Source: Myxococcota bacterium
Lineage (GTDB): Bacteria > Myxococcota_A > UBA9042 > PHBI01 > JAWLBL01
Direction of reading: 5' to 3'
Assembly (NCBI GenBank): GCA_041687695.1
Contig: JAWLBL010000027.1
Coordinates: 53,754 to 117,753, forward strand
Length of the DNA stretch: 64,000 nucleotides
The first letter of the stretch is position 1, and each line of letters opens with the position of its first letter. The notes under the pieces were generated by a model. That model did no database searches. It was not told where the DNA came from and saw only the letters and a list, made by a program, of their open reading frames with translations. The position numbers and the translations under genes were made by a program. Below, one piece after another: positions 1-9,346 of the stretch.

Positions 1-38
1 GCCAGGACCAGGGCGCGGAGCGGGCGGGGCGCGGACAT
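1..38 (-). CDS. 5' end of a gene running off the window (MSAPRPLRALVL..., signal-peptide-like)
   Basis: ATG at 38 on the minus strand just downstream of the 71..688 gene; basic-then-hydrophobic start. Only 12 codons are visible. Confidence 0.35.
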   Translation of the reverse strand, partial: MSAPRPLRALVL

Positions 39-70
39 GCGCGCGATGATCCGGCCGCGGCGCCGGCCGG

Positions 71-688
71 TCAAGGCACGGGCGGGCCGGACGGCAGCGG
101 CTCGAGCCCGCCGAGCACGCGCCGGACGACCGCCAGATCCGGCCCGTCGTCCGAGCGCCCCCAGCGGGTCGTCAGCAGCACCGACAGCGTGGCCTCGCCC
201 GCCGGCAGGAAGGCGGCGTAGGTCCTGCGATGATCCCCCAGCGGGCGGCCGTACACCCCCAGCCGCGCGGCGCCGAACCCGCGCAGCCCGGTCAGGCGCT
301 CCAGCAGCGCTCGCTCGCAGGCCGCACCCAGATGGCTGGGCCCCAGCTCCGCGGCCTCCACGGCACGCTTGACCTCCTCGACGCGGTCGGCGCCGGCGAG
401 CGTGCTCCGTCGCAAGACCAGCCGCGACTTGCCGCTCGACGAGACGATCTCGACCAACGCGCCCGTGCGCTCGACCTTCCAATCGGCGGGCACCTGCACG
501 ACGGCGCCGACCGCCTCGAGCTCCAACCGCTGCCACCCGGGTCCCGGGCGGAACCCCTCCTGGGGGGCCGAGAGCGGGCAGCCGAAGAGGCGCTCGACCG
601 GCGGGGGCTCGGCCTGGGCCGCCGCGGCGCCCCACAGGACGAGCGCCAGTGCGACCGGCAGGGCCCTCGCCGCGCGCGCTGCGGTCAC
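71..688 (-). CDS. Hypothetical exported protein
   Basis: Signal peptide (ALPVALALVLWGAAAAQA); GTG start overlaps the gshB stop (GTGA). Confidence 0.7.
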   Translation of the reverse strand: MTAARAARALPVALALVLWGAAAAQAEPPPVERLFGCPLSAPQEGFRPGPGWQRLELEAVGAVVQVPADWKVERTGALVEIVSSSGKSRLVLRRSTLAGADRVEEVKRAVEAAELGPSHLGAACERALLERLTGLRGFGAARLGVYGRPLGDHRRTYAAFLPAGEATLSVLLTTRWGRSDDGPDLAVVRRVLGGLEPLPSGPPVP

Positions 689-1629
689 CCGCGCGCCCTC
701 AGGCGGGCCTCGGCGGCGTCGAGGACCATGGCCGCGACCGAGATCCCCTCGAACGCGTCGAGCTCGTGGATGCCGGTCGGGCTGGTCACGTTGACCTCGG
801 TCAGCTGGTCGCCGATGACGTCGATGCCGACGAAGACCTGCCCCGCCTCGGCCAGCGCCGGGCCGATGGTCGCGCAGATGACGCGCTCGCGCTCGGTCAG
901 CGTCGTCGGCCGGACGACGGCGCCCACGTGGATGTTGCCGCGGTGATCCACGCCCTGCGGGACGCGCAGGATCGCCCCCACCGGCTCGCCCTCGACCAGG
1001 ATGATGCGCTTGTCGCCGGCCTTGGCCTCCGGCAGGTAGCGCTGCGCCAGCACCTTGCGCGCGCCGTGCACGGTCGACATCTCGATGATGACGCCGATGT
1101 TCGGATCGTCGCGCCGGACGACGAACACGCCCTCGCCGCCGTTGCCGTCCAGCGGCTTGATGACGATGGCGCCCAGCTCCTCGGCGAAGGCCCGCAGCCG
1201 CGCCTCGGACTGGGTGATGAGCGACTCGGGCACCAGCTCGGGGAAGCGCATCGCCCAGACCTTCTCGCTCATCGCGCGCAGGCCCGCCGGCGCGTTGAGG
1301 ACCAGCGCGTGCTGGTTGGCGACGTCCAGCAGGTACGTGTTGAAGACGTACCCCATGTCGAACGGCGGGTCTTTGCGCATCCAGACGACGTCGACCTCGC
1401 CCAGATCCAGGTCGGCCGGCGCCGCGAGCGCGGCGTGCTCGCCCTGCACCGGCTTGAGCTGCGCCCCGCGCGCGACCACGCGCGCACGCCCCGCGCGCAG
1501 ATACAGATCGCCCACCAGGGCGTAGAGCACCTCGTGCCCACGCCGCTGCGCCTCGAGCATCAGCGCGAAGGTCGAGTCCTTGTCGACGCGGATCCCCTCG
1601 ATGGGGTCCATCAGGAAGACGTGCCTCAC
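685..1629 (-). CDS. gshB: Glutathione synthetase
   Basis: Motifs MDPIE..KDSTFALMLEAQRRG, MRKDPPFD, KPLDGNGG, GDKRI, RGNIHVG, EVNVTSPTG. Start re-set to GTG at 1629 (GTGA overlap with the upstream gene). Confidence 0.95.
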   Translation of the reverse strand: MRHVFLMDPIEGIRVDKDSTFALMLEAQRRGHEVLYALVGDLYLRAGRARVVARGAQLKPVQGEHAALAAPADLDLGEVDVVWMRKDPPFDMGYVFNTYLLDVANQHALVLNAPAGLRAMSEKVWAMRFPELVPESLITQSEARLRAFAEELGAIVIKPLDGNGGEGVFVVRRDDPNIGVIIEMSTVHGARKVLAQRYLPEAKAGDKRIILVEGEPVGAILRVPQGVDHRGNIHVGAVVRPTTLTERERVICATIGPALAEAGQVFVGIDVIGDQLTEVNVTSPTGIHELDAFEGISVAAMVLDAAEARLRARG

Positions 1630-2435
1630 GGGCCGACCCCCTGGTCCTCGCCGTCGCCGCCCTCGCCTTCCGGCGACGCGCCGCCTTCGCCCTGCTCGCC
1701 GTCGACCGGCTCCGCCACGCTCGGCAGATCCCAGCCCCAGCCGACCATCATCAGCTCGCGATCGCCGCCCTTGACCCCGATGAGCCGCCCCTTGGGGCCC
1801 ACCCACACGGTCAGCTGCGGCCCGAGCCCATCGATCGTCCAGGCCTGCACGGTCGCGGTCTCGCCCTTGGCGGTCCGCGCGGGCCGCGGCTCGCCCCGTG
1901 TGGCGGTCGCCGACCCGGTGGTGCCCTTGTCGACGTCCAGGAAGGGAACGGTGACGGTCGCCTTGCTGGCGTCGAGCCGCGCGACCCAATGCCACAGGGT
2001 CGACCACACGCGCGCGTCCCACACCGCGTGCCCGGCGACGCCCGCCAGATCCGCCGGCTTGCGCGCGCTGTTGATGCCGACGATGCGCACCCCCTCGCCG
2101 CGCAGGAACGCGAACACGCCCTCGCCCTTCCGCTTGTCCTCGAGCCGCCGGTACTTCTGCAGCGTGCCCTCCGGATCGCGCTGCAGGTGGCCGATGAGCT
2201 TGACGCCGCCCTTGGCCGCCGGCTTGACGGTGAACGTCGCGAAGCGCGTCTTCGTCGGGCTCAGGACGGCCTTGAGGCTCTCGGTCGCGGCCGGCGCCCC
2301 GGCCTTGGTCACGGCCCAGCTGGCCTCGTGCTCGACCGTCTCGGCCGGCGCGTCGCCCGCGTGCGCCATCCCGGCGCCCAGGAGCGTCGCCAGGGTCAGG
2401 GCCAAAACCAGGCTCGAACGCTTCCGCAGCGCCAT
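1626..2435 (-). CDS. Hypothetical exported protein with acidic C-terminal tail
   Basis: ATG at 2435 preceded by GGAGG; signal peptide MALRKRSSLVLALTLATLLGAGMAHA; coupled to gshB. Confidence 0.75.
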   Translation of the reverse strand: MALRKRSSLVLALTLATLLGAGMAHAGDAPAETVEHEASWAVTKAGAPAATESLKAVLSPTKTRFATFTVKPAAKGGVKLIGHLQRDPEGTLQKYRRLEDKRKGEGVFAFLRGEGVRIVGINSARKPADLAGVAGHAVWDARVWSTLWHWVARLDASKATVTVPFLDVDKGTTGSATATRGEPRPARTAKGETATVQAWTIDGLGPQLTVWVGPKGRLIGVKGGDRELMMVGWGWDLPSVAEPVDGEQGEGGASPEGEGGDGEDQGVGP

Positions 2436-2553
2436 CCCGTCCTCCAAGGTCGTCGCGCGGCCGCCAAGCGGCCATTGCGCGTGGGTGTGAACTCCCGTTA
2501 GTTTCCCGACCGGGAAGGTGTCAAGGGTGGCGTGTATTCCCCGGAGGCTCCCG

Positions 2554-3411
2554 GTGCGCTTCAGCAAGTATCACGGTCTCGGCAACGACTTCGTGATCCT
2601 CGACGGCGGGCTCGAGGGTGTCGCCACCCCGTCGCGGGCCGACGTCGTGGCCCTGTGCCGGCGCGGACACGGCATCGGCGCCGACGGCGTCATGCTGGCA
2701 CGCCCTCCCAGCGACCCCGCGCTGGCCGACCTGCGCATGGAGCTGGTCAACAGCGACGGCTCCATCCCCGAGATGTGTGGCAACGGGCTGCGCTGCTTCG
2801 TCAAGTACGCCGTGGACGCCCTGGGCCATTCGGCCAACCCGCTGCGGGTCGAGACCAACGGCGGCGTCCTGGCCTGCGTCTGGACGGCCGACGCGGCCGG
2901 CGTGCGCACCGTGCGCGTCGACATGGGCCGACCTCGCTTCGAGCGCGCGAGCGTCCCGGTGCAGGGCGAAGGCCAGGCCGACGAGGTGCAGGTCCCATGC
3001 GAGGACCGCGTCTTCGTCGCGACCGGCGTCAACACCGGCAACCCGCACATGGTCATCTTCGGCGACGCCACCCTGGACACGGCGCTGCGCTGGGGGCCGC
3101 TGTTGACGACGCATCCCATGTGGCCCCAGGGCGCCAACGTCGAGTTCGCCGACGTCACCGGCCCCGACCACCTGACCGTCACGGTCTGGGAGCGAGGCTG
3201 TGGCCTGACGCAGGCTTGCGGCACGGGCGCCACGGCCACCGCGGCGGCCGCCGTGCGCCGCGGGCTGATGCCGTTCGACGCGCCCATCCGGGTCAGCCTG
3301 CCGGGCGGCGATCTGGCGATCACCATCGCCGAGGGCTTCCGCACGGCCTTCATGGAAGGTCCGGCGACCCTGGTGTACCGCGGCGAGCTGGCGCCGGGCT
3401 GGCGAGGCTGA
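2554..3411 (+). CDS. dapF: Diaminopimelate epimerase
   Basis: KYHGLGNDF, GIGADG, NSDGS.PEMCGNG, GNPH, ERGCG.TQACGTG; GTG start after GGAGG. Confidence 0.96.
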   Translation: MRFSKYHGLGNDFVILDGGLEGVATPSRADVVALCRRGHGIGADGVMLARPPSDPALADLRMELVNSDGSIPEMCGNGLRCFVKYAVDALGHSANPLRVETNGGVLACVWTADAAGVRTVRVDMGRPRFERASVPVQGEGQADEVQVPCEDRVFVATGVNTGNPHMVIFGDATLDTALRWGPLLTTHPMWPQGANVEFADVTGPDHLTVTVWERGCGLTQACGTGATATAAAAVRRGLMPFDAPIRVSLPGGDLAITIAEGFRTAFMEGPATLVYRGELAPGWRG

Positions 3412-3556
3412 GGCGAACGCCGCGTCGGCGAGGTCGAGGCGCGGTTCCGACTGGCGAGGCTGAAGCGCGCCCCGGGCTGGCGCGGCTGAAGGCGTCGCCG
3501 CGGCGGCGAGGCTGAGGCGCGCCCCGGGCTGGCGCGGCTGAGGGTGTCGCCGCCCC
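3401..3556. repeat. Degenerate 26-bp tandem repeat (6 units, 52-bp higher order) beginning in the dapF 3' end
   Basis: GGCG(A/C)GGCTGAGGCG-like cores at 3401, 3427, 3453, 3479, 3505 and 3531. Confidence 0.75.
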
Positions 3557-3579
3557 CGGGTCGCCGGGCGCCGTGGCTT

Positions 3580-3697
3580 CCGAGGCGTTCGAAACGGAAG
3601 AGGCCAGGGCGCTGCCTGGCCTCTCGTCCCGATCACCGAGGCGTTCGAAACGGAAGAGGCCAGGGCGGTGCCTGGCCTCTCGTCCCGATCACCGAGG
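3580..3697. terminator. Tandemly duplicated 56-bp unit, each copy with a GC hairpin (probable rplC/dapF terminator)
   Basis: Copies start at 3580 and 3636 and differ at one base; stem GAGGCCAGG/CCTGGCCTC followed on the minus strand by TTCCGTTT; lies between convergent genes. Confidence 0.7.
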
Positions 3698-3703
3698 GTC
3701 GGA

Positions 3704-4363
3704 TCAGGGCAGGAACTTCGGCTGCTTGCTGCTGACGCGGGCCGAGATGATGGCCCCCTTCGCGCCCGGGACCGCGCCGCGGACGAGCAGCAGGTTCTGC
3801 TCCGGGAACACGGCCACCACGGTGATCGCGCGAACGGTGACGCGCTCGCTGCCGGTGTGACCCGCCATGCGGCGGCCCGGCATCACGCGGCCCGGGTAGG
3901 CCGAAGCGCCGATGGAGCCGCCGTGGCGCCGGTACTCGTGCGTACCGTGCGAGCTCTCCTTGGCGCCCTTGAAGCCGTGGCGCTTGATGACGCCCTGGAA
4001 TCCCTTGCCTTTGCTGGTGCCGGTGACGTCGACCTTCTGGCCCGGCTGGAACATGCCGACCGTCAGCTCGTCACCCACCGAGTAGTCGCCGATGAAGTCG
4101 TCGGCGACGCGGAACTCCTGGACGTGGCGGCGCGGCTCGAGGTTGAGGGCGCGGAAGACGCCGGCCTCGGGGCGGGTCAGCTTGTTCGGCTTGATGTCGC
4201 CGTAGCCCACCTTGATCGCGTTGTAGCCGTCCTTGCCTTCCTTGGTCTTGACCTGCAGGACCTGGTTCGGGCCCATCTCCAGCACGGTCACGGGGACCAG
4301 GTTGCCCTCCTGGTCGAAGACCTGGGACATCCCGACCTTCTTACCCAACAATCCACGAGCCAT
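3704..4363 (-). CDS. rplC: 50S ribosomal protein L3
   Basis: GLLGKKVGMSQVFD, PVTVLE, DGYNAIKVG, VDVTGTSKGKGFQGVIKRHGF, GSIG..AYPGRV.PGRRMAGH.G, VRGAVPG. Confidence 0.97.
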   Translation of the reverse strand: MARGLLGKKVGMSQVFDQEGNLVPVTVLEMGPNQVLQVKTKEGKDGYNAIKVGYGDIKPNKLTRPEAGVFRALNLEPRRHVQEFRVADDFIGDYSVGDELTVGMFQPGQKVDVTGTSKGKGFQGVIKRHGFKGAKESSHGTHEYRRHGGSIGASAYPGRVMPGRRMAGHTGSERVTVRAITVVAVFPEQNLLLVRGAVPGAKGAIISARVSSKQPKFLP

Positions 4364-4490
4364 TGGTGCGTCCTCGGTGCTCCACGGCGCTCGCGCCGAT
4401 GGTCCATTCCATTCGTCTGCTGCGGCACCGTGCGCCGCCGCGCCTCCCAGCGCGGTCCGAAGCGCGGCAGCCGGCCGAAGGGAGTGCGGG

Positions 4491-4520
4491 AAGCTAGCAG
4501 CGCCCCCGCGACGGTGTCAA
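4491..4520 (-). promoter_or_regulatory. Putative sigma70 promoter of rplC
   Basis: Minus strand TTGACA-N18-TAGCTT with a TG extended -10. Confidence 0.55.
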
Positions 4521-4579
4521 TCAAAAGTGGGCCCGGCGTCCGCCGGCCGGACCGCCCCATGGCGGCCCCCACAACGACG

Positions 4580-4602
4580 AAGGGGGCCATGAGGGCCCCC
4601 TT
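4580..4602 (-). terminator. Hairpin downstream of the gltJ-like gene
   Basis: AAGGGGGCC-ATGAG-GGCCCCCTT, 25 bp past the stop codon. Confidence 0.5.
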
Positions 4603-4626
4603 GCGCGCGCGCCCGCAGGGGGCGAG

Positions 4627-6411
4627 CTACTGCAGCCGCAGCGGGTAGTTCACCACCATCTGCGGATCCTTGAACTTCGGGAAGTTCAGGGCCTTGAGGG
4701 CCGAGACGATGCAGCCCTGCACCTCGGGGGTGGTCCCGCCGGGGTTCGACACGCGCGCCGACGACACCGAGCCGCTCGACACGATCGTGAACGACGTACC
4801 CACGGTCACGCCCCCGGCGACGGGCGGCATCTTCTTGTAGCAGGCCAGGAACTTGCCGTTGCTGCCGCGCACCGTCTTCTGCACGACCGGGGCGGCGAGG
4901 CGCTGCGGCAGCGACTCGTTCGAGCCCGTGTCGGTCTTCGTCTCCTGCTTGGCCTCCTGGAGGTTCTTGAGCAGGTTGTTGACGTCCTTGGTGTTCTGCT
5001 TGTTGTCCACCGTGGGCGTGGGGGTCGGCTTGGGAGCGTCGTCCTTCTTGGTCTCGGCCTGGGCGGCCTTGGCCTCGCGAAGACGCTTTTCGCGCTCCTT
5101 GCGCGCCTTCTCCTTGTCCGGATCCTCGTCCTTCTTGGCGGCGGCCTGGGGCTCCGCCTCCTTCGCGCCGTCCTTGGCCTCGGCCGCGGCCTCGTCCTTC
5201 TTCTCCTCGCCCTCGGCGGCCTTGGGCTCCTCGCCCTTGGGCTCCTCGGCCTTCGCCGCGGCCGTGGCGGCCTCATCTTTCTTGTCCTCGGGCTTGGGCT
5301 CCTCGGTCTTGCCCACCGTCGCCGTCGCCGGCTCGGGCGTCGGCGCGGGCGCGACCTGCTGCTGCTGCGCGACCGGCGGCTGCTCGCCCTTGTTCTGGCT
5401 CATCAGGAACCAGGCCACGCCGCCACCGCCGAGCACGAGCACGATCGCGGCGATGGCGATCCACGGCCCCGACCCGCCGCTCTTCTTCTGCACGATCGGG
5501 ACGCTGACGGCCGCGACGTTGGCGCGCGACGGCTGCGACAGCCCCGCGGTGTTGAGATCGCCGAACGGGTTGTCGTTGCCGCCCTTGCGCTGCGACGAGG
5601 CGACGGCGCGGATGTCGATGAGGCCCGAGGACTCGGTGACGAGCGCCTCGTCCTTGCTCATGCCCTTCTTGTCGCCGCCGCCGAGGTCGTCGAGGCTGAA
5701 GAGCACCGAGGAGTCACGGCGCTGGTGCACGTTCGCCGGATCGTCGTTGGGCGACGGCACGTCGAAGTTGAAGAGATCGTCGTCCTCGGCGGCGGGCGCC
5801 GAGGCGGCCGGGGCCGGGGCCGCGGCGACCGGCGCGGGCTCCGCGCTGGCGGCGAGGGCCGCGAACGGATGATCGTCGGCGTCGTCGACGCTCGACGCCG
5901 GGATGGCCTCGTCGCCGAACAGCCCGCCCAGGGGCGCCGACTCGGCCGGCTCGGGCTCCGGCGCGGCGGCGGGGACCTCGGCGGCGAACGCGGCCTGCGC
6001 GGCCAGCAGATCCGCCTGTGACATGTAGGCCGTGTCGGTGTTGTCCTCGGCCGCGTCGCCCGCGTCCAGGGCCCCGCCGGCGTCGAGCAGATCCTGCAGC
6101 TCGGCGACCGACTCGAGCAGGGACCAGTTCGCCATGCCGTTCTGCCAGACGTAGGTCTGCGCCGTGACCTCGCCGGCCTGCACCAGCCCGGCCAGCGCCT
6201 CGCGCGTGATCGGCCCGCGGCGGTCGTTACCGACGGCGTAGTACCAGACGGCGTCGTCGCTCGCGCCCGCGTCGCCGCCCTCGCCCACTCCCTTGACGGT
6301 CATCATCTCGCCGCAGCTCTTGCAGCGGATCTTGAACGTCTTCCCGGCGCCCCGGATCTTCTCGTCCGGGATCGAGTACCGGGTATTGCAGGATTCGCAC
6401 GTGATCTTCAT
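4627..6411 (-). CDS. GltJ/AgmX-like gliding motility protein (zinc ribbon + GYF_2 + TM + AgmX/PglI TonB-C-like domain)
   Basis: MKITCESCNTRY...IRCKSCG zinc ribbon; WYYAVG..RRGPI...TYVWQNGMANW GYF_2; SVLFSL and SGLIDIRA motifs; one TM helix; C-terminal ..ACYK...GCIVSALK.LNFPK. Confidence 0.8.
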   Translation of the reverse strand: MKITCESCNTRYSIPDEKIRGAGKTFKIRCKSCGEMMTVKGVGEGGDAGASDDAVWYYAVGNDRRGPITREALAGLVQAGEVTAQTYVWQNGMANWSLLESVAELQDLLDAGGALDAGDAAEDNTDTAYMSQADLLAAQAAFAAEVPAAAPEPEPAESAPLGGLFGDEAIPASSVDDADDHPFAALAASAEPAPVAAAPAPAASAPAAEDDDLFNFDVPSPNDDPANVHQRRDSSVLFSLDDLGGGDKKGMSKDEALVTESSGLIDIRAVASSQRKGGNDNPFGDLNTAGLSQPSRANVAAVSVPIVQKKSGGSGPWIAIAAIVLVLGGGGVAWFLMSQNKGEQPPVAQQQQVAPAPTPEPATATVGKTEEPKPEDKKDEAATAAAKAEEPKGEEPKAAEGEEKKDEAAAEAKDGAKEAEPQAAAKKDEDPDKEKARKEREKRLREAKAAQAETKKDDAPKPTPTPTVDNKQNTKDVNNLLKNLQEAKQETKTDTGSNESLPQRLAAPVVQKTVRGSNGKFLACYKKMPPVAGGVTVGTSFTIVSSGSVSSARVSNPGGTTPEVQGCIVSALKALNFPKFKDPQMVVNYPLRLQ

Positions 6412-6686
6412 CGGGCCTCTTCTGCGGGAGCAGGGTCGTCGGTCGCGTCCGGCGCGCTCGGCTGACGCAAGGTCAGCGCTAATATAGGGGATTGCAACGG
6501 TTATCGGCAACCCCGGGCGAGCGCGGAGCCGGTGGCGTCTGGTGGCGGGCTCGCGGGCCTCCCAACGACGAGTTGACGGGACGGGACCGGGGGCATGGTG
6601 TCCCCAGCTTCCAAAGACGAACGGACGCCCGAAACGTCACACCGATCTATCACGGGCGCTCCCGACGGCCCACCCGTCCGGCCTCG

Positions 6687-8057
6687 TCACGACGCGGCCG
6701 AGGTGCCCGGCGGCCGCCCGCGCAGCCGGTGGATGCGCCGCCGCAACATGGCGCGCGCGGTGGGCTCCAGATCGCCGACCACCGTGACCTGCAGCCGCTC
6801 GGGCCGCACGAGCCGCGCGCAGGCCGCGCGCACGTCCTCGGGGCTGAGCCGCATGACGCGCTCGAAGCGCTCGGTCGCGCTCTCGTCGGGCATGTAGACG
6901 TGCTGCAGGCCCATCCAGTAGGCCATCGCCGACGCCGAGTCGACCGTGGTCTCCCAGTCGAAGGCGAAGCGGCGCCGGATGCGCTCCCACTCCTCGGCGC
7001 TGGCCTCTAACCGACCGAGATCACCGACGATCTCGACGACGGCGTCGACGACCTGGATCACCTTGTCGTGCGACACCGAGGCCTCGACCGTCAGCAGGCT
7101 CACCCCGTGATAGGTCTCGAGATCGCTGCCCAGGTGGTAGGCCAGCCCCTCCTCGTCCACGATCCGCCGCCGCAGCCGCGAGCAGGTCCCGTCGTCGAGC
7201 AGCCGGTGCCCCAGCTGCAGCGCCGGGAAGTCCTCGTGGTGCTCGGACGGCAGCACCCAGGCGAGCTGCAGGTTCGTCTGGCTGCCGCGCTGGATGACCG
7301 ACTCGAGGGCCGGCAGATCCGAGCGGACGGACAGCGGCCCCACCTCGCGCGCCTCGCCCGCCGGCAGCGCCCCGAAGGCCGCCGCGGCCTGCGCCATCAC
7401 CCGATCGTGGTCGACGGGACCGGCCACCGCCAACACCAGGTTGCGAGCGGCGTAGTGGCGCTCGTACCACCGGCGGCAGTCGGCGTCGGTGAAGCGCTTG
7501 ACCAGCTCGATGCGCCCGCCGATCTTCTGGCCGAAGCTGGATCCGGCGAAAAGGGCCATCTTGGCGACGTTGTCCACGTCGACGTCGCGCCCGGTCTCGT
7601 CGATCTCGTCCTGCAGCTCCTCGACGATGACCTGCCGCTCGAGGTCGACGTCCTGCAGCAGGTTGCGGCCCATCATCCGGCCGACGAGGTCCAGCACGTC
7701 ACCGACCGCGTCGGGCCAGCAGGTCGCGTCGAAGGCGCTGTAGTCGCGCGCGGTCGCCCCGCCGAGCGCCGTCGCCCAGCGCTCGATGGCTGCGTTGAAG
7801 GCGTAGGCGGACGGGTAGCCCTCGCACCCACGGAACAGCACGTGCTCGAGCAGGTGGCTCAGCCCGCTCTCCTCGGGCGCCTCGAAGCGCGACCCGACGC
7901 GGACGAACACCGTCACGGCGGCCGCGCGCAGGTGCGGCAGCGCCGACGTCAGGACCGTCAGCCCGTTGTCGAGCCGCCCGCGCCGCACGTCTGGCCACCC
8001 ACACGGGCCCGCGCCGACCGGCCCGACCGTCCCTTGCCCATCGCGTCGACTATCCAT
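6687..8057 (-). CDS. M16 (pitrilysin) family zinc peptidase
   Basis: LDNGLTV, VGSRFE, GLSHLLEHVLFRG (HxxEH), ERQVIVEE, EEGLAY. Start uncertain (8057 or 8102). Confidence 0.9.
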   Translation of the reverse strand: MDSRRDGQGTVGPVGAGPCGWPDVRRGRLDNGLTVLTSALPHLRAAAVTVFVRVGSRFEAPEESGLSHLLEHVLFRGCEGYPSAYAFNAAIERWATALGGATARDYSAFDATCWPDAVGDVLDLVGRMMGRNLLQDVDLERQVIVEELQDEIDETGRDVDVDNVAKMALFAGSSFGQKIGGRIELVKRFTDADCRRWYERHYAARNLVLAVAGPVDHDRVMAQAAAAFGALPAGEAREVGPLSVRSDLPALESVIQRGSQTNLQLAWVLPSEHHEDFPALQLGHRLLDDGTCSRLRRRIVDEEGLAYHLGSDLETYHGVSLLTVEASVSHDKVIQVVDAVVEIVGDLGRLEASAEEWERIRRRFAFDWETTVDSASAMAYWMGLQHVYMPDESATERFERVMRLSPEDVRAACARLVRPERLQVTVVGDLEPTARAMLRRRIHRLRGRPPGTSAAS

Positions 8058-8197
8058 ACCTTGCACGTTATACCGTCCTACCGACCACTCGCGACGACTC
8101 ACTTCGCTCGCCGACGCCGCGGCGCCGACCCCTGCCGGGCAGCGCCGACGCGCGCGGCTCGAGCGGCGGACCCATGGGAAAGGGCTCGAACTAGTTC

Positions 8198-9334
8198 ATG
8201 ACCGCAGAACACGTCAACTCGCGCTCGGTGCTCCCCGCCCTGCCGGACGCCCCGGGCGCAGGCGCCGAGCCCGCTCCGCCACCCGCTGTCACCTCGCAGC
8301 CCCTGGACCTGACCGCCATGGACGCCCACTCGGTTCGTCTGCTCCTCACCGGCGGCTCGGTCGTCGACTGGCGCAGGCTCGCCTTCGAAAGCCCCGACGA
8401 GGTCGCGCGATTCCTGGAGGTCAACGGCTACTCGCTCGGCGACCCCGACGAGATGGCGCGCTTTTGGGCCCTGCACGCGCGCGCCGTCGGCTACGTCGGC
8501 CGCACCTTCGACGTCACCATCCCCGAGCGCGTCCGGCACCCGGCCAGCGCGCCCGACCTGTTCCTGGCCGCCTCCGGCCCCGAGGGCGTCCTTCAGCGCA
8601 CGGCGTGCGTTGTCCTCAAGATCATGCACGTCCTGAACCACCTCGAGGCGCGCCGGCTCGCCTATCTGCTCAGCGTCAGCGAGCGCGAGCTCTTCGAGGC
8701 GGCCGCCCGTCGCTTCGGCGCCCACATCGCCCGCATGCGCGAAGGCGGCCTGCCGCTGCTCGGCTACGAGCAGAGCACCAAGAGCGAGCACAGCCTCATC
8801 ACCAAGCTGCTGTCCAAGCCGCGGGTCACCGCCGCCCAGATCTTCGACAAGCTGCGCTTTCGCCTCATCACCCGCGAGCGCGACGATCTGGTCCCCGTGA
8901 TGGTCTGGCTCACCCGCCACCTGCTGCCCTTCAGCCAGGTCATCCCCGGCGAGTCGCACAACACCATCCTGGACGAGGCCGAGCTGACCCACGCGCTCGC
9001 GCCCCACGGCGATCTGTCCGAGGTCCTCGCCCCGCGCGCCGGACAGTCGGTCGTCGCCCCCAGCAACCCGGCGACGGCGCGCGACTTCGGCATGATCAAC
9101 TTCGTCGTCGATCTGCCCATCCGCGTGCGCTCGCTGTGCCCCGCCAGCGAGCTCGAGCACCTGTCGACCCTCGGCCACCTGGTCTTCGTCACCCTCGAGC
9201 TGCAGCTGTTCGACCGCGAGACCTTCCGCCGCAACACCAAGGGCGACGCCAACCACGACGCCTACAAGAACCGCCAGCGGCTCGTCGTGGCCCAGCGCTT
9301 GTGGGGCGAAGACGCGCCCGACCTCAAGGCCTGA
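8198..9334 (+). CDS. TIGR04552-like protein (RelA/SpoT-like nucleotidyltransferase fold suspected)
   Basis: LLLTGGSVVDWRRLAF; K..SLITKLLSK; IFDKLRFRLIT; VIPGESHN; ELQLFD; H.AYK.RQ, recalled as typical of this myxobacterial family. Confidence 0.75.
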   Translation: MTAEHVNSRSVLPALPDAPGAGAEPAPPPAVTSQPLDLTAMDAHSVRLLLTGGSVVDWRRLAFESPDEVARFLEVNGYSLGDPDEMARFWALHARAVGYVGRTFDVTIPERVRHPASAPDLFLAASGPEGVLQRTACVVLKIMHVLNHLEARRLAYLLSVSERELFEAAARRFGAHIARMREGGLPLLGYEQSTKSEHSLITKLLSKPRVTAAQIFDKLRFRLITRERDDLVPVMVWLTRHLLPFSQVIPGESHNTILDEAELTHALAPHGDLSEVLAPRAGQSVVAPSNPATARDFGMINFVVDLPIRVRSLCPASELEHLSTLGHLVFVTLELQLFDRETFRRNTKGDANHDAYKNRQRLVVAQRLWGEDAPDLKA

Positions 9335-9346
9335 GGCGACGCCGGC

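Noticed and set aside
685-2475. Apparent long N-terminal extensions or fusions on gshB, purM, purN, gpsA, the desaturase-like gene and the App1-like gene in the ORF track
   Set aside because: The extensions overlap neighbouring real genes in another frame; internal starts with stop/start overlap or an RBS explain them.
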